From positions 124,001 through 188,000 of IMG/VR virus record IMGVR_UViG_3300035181_000471: a stretch of 64,000 nucleotides of DNA. One strand, written 5' to 3'. The notes under the pieces were generated by a model. That model searched no databases. It was not told where the DNA came from and was given only the letters and a program-made list of their open reading frames with translations. Made by a program: the position numbers and the translations under genes. Below are positions 56,120-64,000 of the stretch, piece after piece (within the stretch, counting starts at the first letter, position 1; each line of letters begins with the position of its first letter).

Positions 56120-56455
56120 ATGGAAAAGAAAGCCACCATTCCAATGCTGGGCAATCTAAAGTTTGCTAGCGATGTAGCTGAGTATCTATACACTCTTGAA
56201 TTTGATAGATCCATTGGGTTGCCGGAGGATATCGGCTGGCACGGACTCTATGTTGGTGACTTAGCTGATGGTGCTGGGTTTGACCAGTTAACAACTGCTG
56301 ATCAAGAGGCCCTAAAAACTGCATCAGCCGCCATCCTAATGGAAGACGAACATCACTTTGTAGACGCTGAATTTTTCGATGACGAGCAGGAAGCCAAAAG
56401 AACCTGGGAAGACATCGAAGATAGTTATTACGACTTTTATGATAAGAGATCATAA
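56120..56455 (+). CDS. hypothetical acidic protein
   Basis: 111-aa ORF; KFAS, KTAS. Confidence 0.55.
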   Translation: MEKKATIPMLGNLKFASDVAEYLYTLEFDRSIGLPEDIGWHGLYVGDLADGAGFDQLTTADQEALKTASAAILMEDEHHFVDAEFFDDEQEAKRTWEDIEDSYYDFYDKRS

Positions 56456-56464
56456 GGAGCTAAG

Positions 56465-57061
56465 ATGTACGAACTTAAACCAGGACATATCCTCTTAGCT
56501 GAGAAAACTAGAGGATGGAAACTCTCTAACTTCTTCCCATTTGCAATTCGACTTATCACTGGCAACAAAATCACTCATGTTGCCATAGTAGAGTCTTGTG
56601 ATTTAAATTCTGTCTCCTACTGGGACGCCAACTCTGGTAAGGGAGTAAAATGTTCTCTAGTTCCCAACATGGAAAATTCAAAAGAAGGCGGTCTACTACT
56701 AGCCAACGATATGGTTGTAACTAAGGTCGCGGAGCTTCCACTTATTGATAGCATTCATGTTAGTGCTATTATAAATGAACTTCATTTGCTTGAAGGCTCT
56801 AAGTATAATTATGCCAGTATTCTTACATTAATGAAAGACCACATTCTAAGACAATTCTACACTCTACCTACCACAAAACCAGATTCAAGTTTTGGTAGAA
56901 AGTTCACTTGCTCTCAGCTTGTGACCCACCTTCTTTTGAAGGCCGGATTCCCTTTCTCCAGGCTATTTACGACCGTGACTTACCCAGCCCTAGTAGAGCC
57001 AGATAATTTCACAACCGCTCCATTCGTGGTTATTCCCCTCTCTGAATTAAAGAGGGGTTAG
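56465..57061 (+). CDS. permuted papain-like NlpC/P60 (YiiX/YebB-type) amidase
   Basis: LKPGHILL, ITHVAIV (His) before KYNY...FTCSQLV (Cys): permuted order. Confidence 0.8.
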   Translation: MYELKPGHILLAEKTRGWKLSNFFPFAIRLITGNKITHVAIVESCDLNSVSYWDANSGKGVKCSLVPNMENSKEGGLLLANDMVVTKVAELPLIDSIHVSAIINELHLLEGSKYNYASILTLMKDHILRQFYTLPTTKPDSSFGRKFTCSQLVTHLLLKAGFPFSRLFTTVTYPALVEPDNFTTAPFVVIPLSELKRG

Positions 57062-60000
57062 CACGATTGAGTATAGCGAGGGTTCATTGGCGATGATAGC
57101 CCATGCCGTTCCAGCTACATTCCCCCAATCAGAGACATAAGAAACTTGATCAGGAAGCAGGGAGTAGGCCCAACCATAATCTGGCATTCTATTGGGTAGG
57201 ATTCCATTGTTAATCGTAACAATGGTGCTACTGTTTGATCCCAGCTTTCTGGCTAACAGTTCATATTGGAATGTGCCCTCTGACCAAGGATACGGGGATA
57301 CTCCTGGGTATCCTCTGTCTGGTAGGTAGGGGACAAAGCCAGTTACAAGACCCACCGTCATTCTGAAGGCAAGAGCGTTAATGGATGCGGCTGTAGCTTT
57401 GGCAGTCTCTCCAGCGGCCAGTAAGAACATGGCTCCCCAAGTGTTTAAGTCCAGTGCATCAGCCGTATCTGGTGTTCCGTTGAACCCCTGGTAAAAACGC
57501 TCGGCATCTGCATTCCAAAGTTCTGCTACAATGGCTGTTTTCAGGCTGTTAGCTTCCGTGGTGTAAGAAGACACTCCTGTTACATGACCACAAGCCTGAA
57601 GAGCAAAATAGCAATCAATGTTATGCTCGGTTGAGAACCAAGCAATAGGAGCGTTAGCGTAAACATCATTAGTGTAAACACCCCTGCCACCCTTAATCAA
57701 TTGGTGGGGACCGACTGTAGCTTTGTCCTGTAGGAGTCTGTCTACACCCGCACGAGCAGCAGTAGTGGCCGCAGTTGCAAACTGTCCTTCAGGCATTAGA
57801 TGAGCGTAAAGAAGGAGAGCGTAGCAACACCAAGCGTGAGCGCCAGTCCTATAGTAAGGATCAACACTTAACCCAGTAGTTGCATCAAAGCTGAAATACC
57901 ACTCCTTAGAGGTTGAATCTTGCGCTTTGATGAGCCATTCAGCGAGGAAGTCTGGTGTGTTAGGGTCTTGAACTTTGTAAGCCAATGATGCAATCAAGGC
58001 AACTGCCTGATCGTAAGCGTAGCATCGGTTACTCAGAGAGGCATACGCAGAATCGGTTGGAGGAATAATGTAGCTTCTAACCAAACCGCCATGATTTCTA
58101 GTGATCTCTGCGCGACTTCCAGGTGTTCCTGAAGCGGCTACGAGCTTTGCCGTGTAATCACCATCTAGGTAAGTCCAGGGTCTATTTCCGGTAGACCAAG
58201 TTTGATTGGTCAATGCTGGTACGGTGTCGATGTAGTATTCGATGTCCGTCTTTTTCCAAAGTTCAACTGCGTAATTTGGGTCGATAGATGCGGTGTAATC
58301 AGTGGTGGCAACCAAAGTATAAACAAAGTTACCCGTGCCAGTCCATTTGAGGGTTCCAGTGCCAGTGCTTTGAGCCAGAGTGACGGTAGCTCCGCTTAAT
58401 GTGTAATCGGTCACTGAAGCCGTGCCACCAGTCGGAGTTGGTATAAAGCTAGTTCTAACTGTACCAAGCTCCACTTGAGGGTGACTAAATCTAATGGTTC
58501 CAGTTCCAGCCGCTACAGTGCCAATACCACAACGCAAGGTTGTAGCACCACTAGTTGCTCCAATTGTTAGTATTGTAGTAAGTATCCCAGTAGTTAAAGT
58601 TCCTGCTGCTGTTCCAGATGGATTAGCTGGGCAAACAGGGTAAGTTATTGTGCCACTGGGGAGGGCACCACCAAGAACTTCCTGGGCAGTCAAACCACCA
58701 GAAACCGCCTCGACTAACATGGAAAAACAGTAAGAAGTATTTGCATTCAGTGTGACTGTCTGGCTAAGGTAAGGTCTCTGCGCCGTAGCCGTTTGAGTGT
58801 AGGCTGTTCCAGGTCCACCCAAAGTAGAGGCACCAGGAGTGGAAGTTCCAGTCGCAGTTGGTTGAGTCCATCCAGTTGGGGCCGCGCCTCCTCCCGTTAA
58901 TAAAGAGTTCCAGAAGCTATTGGTTCTTGAAGTGGGGAGGAGCGGAATAGTCCCCTGCCAATCCGTGCGAGTTAGGGTACTGATTGTTGGAGATTGACTT
59001 GTTAACCCACCTAATGCCGTAAGGGTAAACGAAGTGCCGGAGCCACTAATAACTTCGTTTGTAAAGGATAGTGGCTGACTGGTTCCTTCTCCGAATTTCA
59101 GAAGCTTTGCAACTTTGTATCCAGCAGAGGCGTTAGCTATCGACCAATGCCCACTACCATCTAGCACGGAGTAGTAAGGTAGGGTAGGGTATTCCACATT
59201 AGCCACAATATCAAATGCAAGAACTCGGTAAAGTGGATAGTCGGTTACTACAACGCCTGAAACAGAACCAGCAATGGGGCCAGTGTAAGCGTCAGAGTAG
59301 CTACCTGAAAAAGATACGGACCCTGTAAATGGAGCCGTGTAGTTAGGTGCGGTCCAATTACCTCTACCGGCAAAACTATTTGGAGTTGTGTGAGTGTAGG
59401 AAATGTCGTAACCTGGAGTTGCATTCAGAGCTTTTGTCTGGTTCAAGATCCACTTTCGTTCTTGGTAGAACCCGTTCCAGTTGATCAGGTCAGACAGGTC
59501 AGTTGAAGCGTAGTAGTTGCTGAAGTCTGCGTAAGCCTGATCCTGAACGAAGTCCAAGTGAAGAAAGACATTAGCTTCAATGTAAGAACCCTCTTCAGGT
59601 ACAAACGATACGGTGACTCTACCAGAACAGTATTGAATGGCCTTAGGCTCTAAGCGAGAGTGAGGGTAGATGGTAGTCGTGCCAAACTCATTAGCGTCCA
59701 CAATGGCTTCATTCACAATGATTCCAGTCAGGCTAGTGTCACCAGTCATATAACCAGCAACCGTTACAGTTAGATTATTACCAACGAAGCCAGAGAAGGT
59801 GATAGAGTCTCCGATCTTTACTCCGTCTTCCGGCCAAGATCCCAAGGAACGGATGATGGTTTTGGTGGAAGCATCAAAAGTTAAATTGCCAGTATCCAAG
59901 ACTCTTGTTGGGGAGAAGTTGTCTAGCAGGGCATTCATGTCACCCTGGATGAACGACATCCATACAGTAAAGGGATTAGTTGACTGATCGAATATCGTCA

Positions 60001-60295
60001 AGCTAGTGGCTGAGGTTAGAATGACAGACTCTCTTGGGAACTCAATGGTGGCTCCGCGATTATCGCCTCTGCCCTCAGTGGCCCAGGAAGCCATCTGGAG
60101 GGGATCTAGAACCCCATTAATATAGTGCTTTCCATCGAAGCTAAAACCAGTTAACCCTAGAGTTGGGTTGAAAAACGCATCGTTGTCTTCTACACGGATT
60201 ACACAGGAAGCCGTGGCTCCGCTTCCAAACATCTGCTGTAGTCCCGTGGAGTCCAGGGACGAAGAAGAAATCAAGGGTGGAAAAGTGTTAACCAT
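57047..60295 (-). CDS. modular virion appendage protein with C-terminal six-hairpin-glycosidase-like (alpha/alpha)6 domain
   Basis: RTDWQG..RTN and PQVELGTVRTSFIPT (spike/CBM-like); C-terminal YAYDQAVALIA, YRTGAHAW, STEHNID, ALDLNTWG. Confidence 0.6.
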   Translation of the reverse strand: MVNTFPPLISSSSLDSTGLQQMFGSGATASCVIRVEDNDAFFNPTLGLTGFSFDGKHYINGVLDPLQMASWATEGRGDNRGATIEFPRESVILTSATSLTIFDQSTNPFTVWMSFIQGDMNALLDNFSPTRVLDTGNLTFDASTKTIIRSLGSWPEDGVKIGDSITFSGFVGNNLTVTVAGYMTGDTSLTGIIVNEAIVDANEFGTTTIYPHSRLEPKAIQYCSGRVTVSFVPEEGSYIEANVFLHLDFVQDQAYADFSNYYASTDLSDLINWNGFYQERKWILNQTKALNATPGYDISYTHTTPNSFAGRGNWTAPNYTAPFTGSVSFSGSYSDAYTGPIAGSVSGVVVTDYPLYRVLAFDIVANVEYPTLPYYSVLDGSGHWSIANASAGYKVAKLLKFGEGTSQPLSFTNEVISGSGTSFTLTALGGLTSQSPTISTLTRTDWQGTIPLLPTSRTNSFWNSLLTGGGAAPTGWTQPTATGTSTPGASTLGGPGTAYTQTATAQRPYLSQTVTLNANTSYCFSMLVEAVSGGLTAQEVLGGALPSGTITYPVCPANPSGTAAGTLTTGILTTILTIGATSGATTLRCGIGTVAAGTGTIRFSHPQVELGTVRTSFIPTPTGGTASVTDYTLSGATVTLAQSTGTGTLKWTGTGNFVYTLVATTDYTASIDPNYAVELWKKTDIEYYIDTVPALTNQTWSTGNRPWTYLDGDYTAKLVAASGTPGSRAEITRNHGGLVRSYIIPPTDSAYASLSNRCYAYDQAVALIASLAYKVQDPNTPDFLAEWLIKAQDSTSKEWYFSFDATTGLSVDPYYRTGAHAWCCYALLLYAHLMPEGQFATAATTAARAGVDRLLQDKATVGPHQLIKGGRGVYTNDVYANAPIAWFSTEHNIDCYFALQACGHVTGVSSYTTEANSLKTAIVAELWNADAERFYQGFNGTPDTADALDLNTWGAMFLLAAGETAKATAASINALAFRMTVGLVTGFVPYLPDRGYPGVSPYPWSEGTFQYELLARKLGSNSSTIVTINNGILPNRMPDYGWAYSLLPDQVSYVSDWGNVAGTAWAIIANEPSLYSIVLTPL

Positions 60296-60308
60296 AGAGA
60301 CCGTTACT

Positions 60309-60329
60309 CCTACTAAAGTGTTTGAAAGT
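60309..60329 (-). promoter_or_regulatory. candidate late promoter motif (minus strand)
   Basis: Minus strand ACTTTC-aaaca-CT-ttagta-GG, running into SD AGGAG. Confidence 0.55.
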
Positions 60330-60350
60330 AGTTCTTCCAGCCAGAAACGA

Positions 60351-60370
60351 ACTTCTGACTTCTTTTTTGA
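60351..60370 (+). promoter_or_regulatory. candidate late promoter motif
   Basis: ACTTCT-gactt-CT-ttttt-GA. Confidence 0.5.
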
Positions 60371-60394
60371 GCGTCTTTATGTTGAGGCTGATGA

Positions 60395-63300
60395 ATGACT
60401 AAGAGATATCCCCCTGCTTCAGTTAGCAGAACACTAGATCCCGCAGGTAGGAGCTTTACTACCGTTGTCGGAAAACATGACCGCAGATTAACTGATGCGG
60501 ATATTAACCTTATCCAAGATATCCAGGATTATAAAAACTACAAAAAAGTAGACAATGACATCTTTTCTGGAATGATGGGCTACCAGCCGTTTATCCTCAA
60601 TCCAACCAAGGAAAACTCCTTCACGGTGCCCGCCTTCGATGTCATGTTTAACGGTGAAGTGGTTACAATCGGTGGAAACAAGTCCTCGGATTTGAAGTCT
60701 AACTTGGTTACTCTCCCCGCTCCTCGGTCCAGGGGACCTATCAATAACGAAGAAGCTGGCCTATTCATCGTCTACTTAGAACTCTGGTATCGTGGCTTAG
60801 ACCCCACTACTGGCGATGGCTACCAGGTATCCGGCTCCCAGAACTTCATCTACCCTAACGGCTGTATTGAAGCCGATGCATCTCAGCTAATCCCTGACGA
60901 TGCCATCGACCCATTCCAGGGGCTAAACACTACCTCTAGAAGCCAGATTCAGTGGGCCATTCGTGTGACCCCAGTGTCTCTATTCTACGACTTCTCCAAG
61001 TACCGCTTCGGCCTAGACCCAGGCGCTAACTTGGCCTATGAGACTATTTTTGGAAGAGCCTTCCTACCATCTCCGCCAGAGACAAGTTCTCTAACCTATG
61101 CATTCAAAAACATGGGAACCATCAATGGTGACTATGGCCTATGGAGAGCCGGAGATGGTGAGGTTGTCCCCGCCATTCCAACACTCGATGGTTATACCTA
61201 CGCAATGCCTATGGCTGTGGTCTTCCAGAGAAACACTGGTCTATTCGATCAGGCTCTAAACCCATTCGGTTGCGGAGCCAATGTCGCTGACTCTTCTGGC
61301 ACTCTAGCCACTATTTCAGGCCGTTACGACAGAAAATTTGCTGATGCCATCTATGACTCTGACATTGTAGACACCAGAATGACTGTATCTCTACAGGGTT
61401 ATGACTGGGGTAAACTACTAAATAATTCCTTCGCAGATCTCGTGGGTGGAGACACCAACCTAAAGATCTCCAGAGGCGAAACCCCAGGTAACCTACCTGT
61501 GGCCGTGGCTTCTAGACCTTCCTACACCGTTGCAATCAGCCCAACTACGATGGCTAACACCGATAATCAGGGTGTGTTTGACGGCTACATGAACGGTTTC
61601 GGAACTGATGACCGTGTTTACTACACCACCAAGTCTTTCTCTGTCTCCAACAAGGCTGTAGGCATCAACGGGGCTAGATGGGAGAAGGGTGACGCAATCC
61701 AGCTAGACCTTTCCGAACTAGCCGCTACCACCGCTCCTGTAGTAGCTTATGTACTGACCCAGGCGCTAGTCTTACAGATTGATGGTTCTAATTCCTTTGA
61801 GCCTGTCATGCTTCTAAACGGACAGATCGAAGTAACCGGAATCGGGTCTAGACAAGTAGTTGTTAAGATTCTACAGGATCTAAAGAACACTCCTTATGAC
61901 CCAGGTCTCCAGGATTTATATGTGACCATCGGAGTTCGCTACGGGGTTCAGGTGGCCGCTACTGGCATCTCTGGATACTCTACAGTAAAGACCCCATTCT
62001 CCATCGAGGGCGGCGCTCTATTCGATTACGAATCCCTAAAGACCCTACCAGTATTCGGCATTTCCGACTTCAGAACAACGAAGAATTTCTCTGCTGGAGA
62101 CCTACAACTTGTCTCCTACAACCCTCAGTATTCCAACAAGGTATTCGGAACTAGAGCAGAAGTTATCGTAGCCGCTGAGGATGGAAGCGAAGATGTCCAA
62201 CCCACCTATACCCACACTACCTACAGTATCCCAAGATTAGGGCTAGCTGGTGTCTACACAGGACTCTATGTAGTGAAAGCTAGGGACCAAGTTTCTGGTA
62301 AGAGCTACACGGTCATCAGCAATGAAATCTTTGATGAAACCATTAGCGTTGTTCTAAACGGATCTATCCCAGCGCACACTAGCGTTGTGTTATCCGTCCT
62401 ACTAGACAAGACTACGCAGATGGGTTACAACGCACCCGTCAAGGCTATTACTGGAATCAAGGAAACTGTCATTATCGGAAACATTTCGAACTCAAGCTTT
62501 GAAACCGATAATAGAGTCAAGATCGTATCCAAGAAGATTGTTGGTGGAAACTATGTTATTCTGCTTGCCTCCAACAACTGTGTTCTCTCTGGTATCTCTG
62601 GTGATGATAACAACAAATTCCTCTTCATTGAACAGGTACAAGAGGGGGAGGGTGGGCCACCAGCTACTTCTTATACTTCTTGGCCTATTGCTTCTGCTAG
62701 TTTCACTAATGCATTCGTCACTTTGACTGTCCCCATCTCTGCCAACGGTTTAAGCATCAACCTAGACAGTAGCAAGTTCTTCCTAGTCGGTGCTATTGCT
62801 CCAGCCCTCGATCCTCAGTCCTCACTAGTCTTCACTTTCGACTACATCCCCTACCAGGGAGAGGGCGAGACTGATAGAGAATACTCCTTCATTCATTCTG
62901 ATGAGCTAGCTCACATTACTACTAACGGAACAGGTGCCGCTCCTATTGTCGGTCTAAAGGATGTCTACCCTTACAATCGTGAACTTCCTATGGCTACCAT
63001 TCTTCCTTCTCAGCCAACTTGGGATGATGCTGAATTGAACAACCAAGCCGTATCTGGTTACTTTGATAGTAATTATGATGCAAAGAAGTTTTCCAATGTT
63101 GAACATACTTTTGCCACCCCCTTGAAGACAAATGACTTTATTGAACCAGTAGCTAGCTGGAGAAGAAAGAAAATCAAGCTTTCCACCCCATCCGGTCGTG
63201 GTTTCGCTAAGGCGTTCCCTCATGTTGGCTTCGCTATTCGTCCTCCTGCACCAAAAGCAGTCCAGGGAAACCCTGTTCTAGCCACTACCGGAGCCATCTA

Positions 63301-64000
63301 CCTCTATGTAAACAACGCTTCTGGTAATGACTCTTACGATGGATTCACACAAACTACACCTAAGAGAACTATTAAGTCTGCTATGGCTGCACTACCTCCA
63401 GTGCTTCAGCATCCCTGCTACATCTTCTTAGTCTCTACCGCAGTCCCCTACAAGATGAAGTCCCTGAAGTCTCAGCTAGGCGCAGCTAAGCTAGGTGACG
63501 GTGAGATCACTCCTATTAATCGCTACTGCTTGGATAGCATCGCCTTCTCCGTCCAGGACGAAGGACGCCTCTATGTTGGGAGAGAACCTAATGCAACCGA
63601 CTATGCCATCATTGATGCAACTGATTTCGTAGCATTCGGTGATGGACCAACCTCGGCCTTCGTAGTTGACAACACTAGAGTTGTATTCAACGGAATCAAG
63701 TTCGTTGGGTTCAGAGATGCTGCCGTATACGGTGTGTCTTCTTCCATCGAATTGGTTGATTGCTGGTTCAACGGTAACTTGGTTTCCGGTTCGTTCTACA
63801 ACGGATGCAATGTTACAGCCTCTCGTTGCAAGATCGACCTCCAGCCCTCAGCAACCGGATTCATTGTATCTAACTCAGATCTTCTCGCCTCCAGCACCGC
63901 TCTTACCGCTATCTCCCCCAAGGTTAACGCCTTCTATGTGGTCGAGAGATCTGGCAGCTTGACCCTATCCAACCACAAACCAACGGAAGAGACTAATCTA
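60395..64000 (+). CDS. 3'-truncated large structural (baseplate/fibre-like) protein with C-terminal beta-helix start; absent from the ORF track
   Basis: Manual translation MTKRYPPASVSRTLDPAG... has no stop for 1202 codons up to the window end; IVYLELWY, YAMPMAVVFQRN, and YVNNASGNDSYDGFTQTTPKRTIKSAM near 63300. Confidence 0.85.
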   Translation, partial: MTKRYPPASVSRTLDPAGRSFTTVVGKHDRRLTDADINLIQDIQDYKNYKKVDNDIFSGMMGYQPFILNPTKENSFTVPAFDVMFNGEVVTIGGNKSSDLKSNLVTLPAPRSRGPINNEEAGLFIVYLELWYRGLDPTTGDGYQVSGSQNFIYPNGCIEADASQLIPDDAIDPFQGLNTTSRSQIQWAIRVTPVSLFYDFSKYRFGLDPGANLAYETIFGRAFLPSPPETSSLTYAFKNMGTINGDYGLWRAGDGEVVPAIPTLDGYTYAMPMAVVFQRNTGLFDQALNPFGCGANVADSSGTLATISGRYDRKFADAIYDSDIVDTRMTVSLQGYDWGKLLNNSFADLVGGDTNLKISRGETPGNLPVAVASRPSYTVAISPTTMANTDNQGVFDGYMNGFGTDDRVYYTTKSFSVSNKAVGINGARWEKGDAIQLDLSELAATTAPVVAYVLTQALVLQIDGSNSFEPVMLLNGQIEVTGIGSRQVVVKILQDLKNTPYDPGLQDLYVTIGVRYGVQVAATGISGYSTVKTPFSIEGGALFDYESLKTLPVFGISDFRTTKNFSAGDLQLVSYNPQYSNKVFGTRAEVIVAAEDGSEDVQPTYTHTTYSIPRLGLAGVYTGLYVVKARDQVSGKSYTVISNEIFDETISVVLNGSIPAHTSVVLSVLLDKTTQMGYNAPVKAITGIKETVIIGNISNSSFETDNRVKIVSKKIVGGNYVILLASNNCVLSGISGDDNNKFLFIEQVQEGEGGPPATSYTSWPIASASFTNAFVTLTVPISANGLSINLDSSKFFLVGAIAPALDPQSSLVFTFDYIPYQGEGETDREYSFIHSDELAHITTNGTGAAPIVGLKDVYPYNRELPMATILPSQPTWDDAELNNQAVSGYFDSNYDAKKFSNVEHTFATPLKTNDFIEPVASWRRKKIKLSTPSGRGFAKAFPHVGFAIRPPAPKAVQGNPVLATTGAIYLYVNNASGNDSYDGFTQTTPKRTIKSAMAALPPVLQHPCYIFLVSTAVPYKMKSLKSQLGAAKLGDGEITPINRYCLDSIAFSVQDEGRLYVGREPNATDYAIIDATDFVAFGDGPTSAFVVDNTRVVFNGIKFVGFRDAAVYGVSSSIELVDCWFNGNLVSGSFYNGCNVTASRCKIDLQPSATGFIVSNSDLLASSTALTAISPKVNAFYVVERSGSLTLSNHKPTEETNL

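Overview
This window is the virion-morphogenesis region of a large contractile-tailed dsDNA phage (myovirus). It is probably jumbo-sized, by inference: 64 kb of almost purely structural genes still lacks portal, terminase, tape measure and most baseplate genes. Standard genetic code, mostly + strand. Order: (1) 1-23 kb, fibre/appendage genes with collagen-like G-x-T repeats, a pectate-lyase beta-helix, a mosaic long fibre, a Cys-rich/Hint protein next to a radical SAM-SPASM enzyme, a Kelch/Ig protein and Gly-rich paralogues; (2) 23-27 kb, a mostly minus-strand island (SprT-like protease, dNMP kinase, UvrD helicase); (3) 27-40 kb, neck proteins, a 1296-aa sheath and the tail tube; (4) 41-56 kb, prohead protease, scaffold, decoration protein, major capsid protein, acidic K-x-A-rich head proteins, a GIY-YIG endonuclease and two sigma-like proteins; (5) 56-64 kb, a permuted NlpC/P60 enzyme, an inverted fibre gene with a six-hairpin-glycosidase-like domain, and a >1200-aa structural ORF missed by the ORF track. 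Top leads: a putative RiPP-like system (rSAM/SPASM plus a self-cleaving Cys-rich Hint protein coupled to a tail fibre); an ECF-sigma-like domain inside a probable head protein; a recurrent intergenic motif ACTTTC-N5-CT-N5/6-G (candidate late promoter); and K-x-A-[S/A/G] as a candidate assemblin-type cleavage motif. All family assignments come from motif recognition by eye; no database searches were run.
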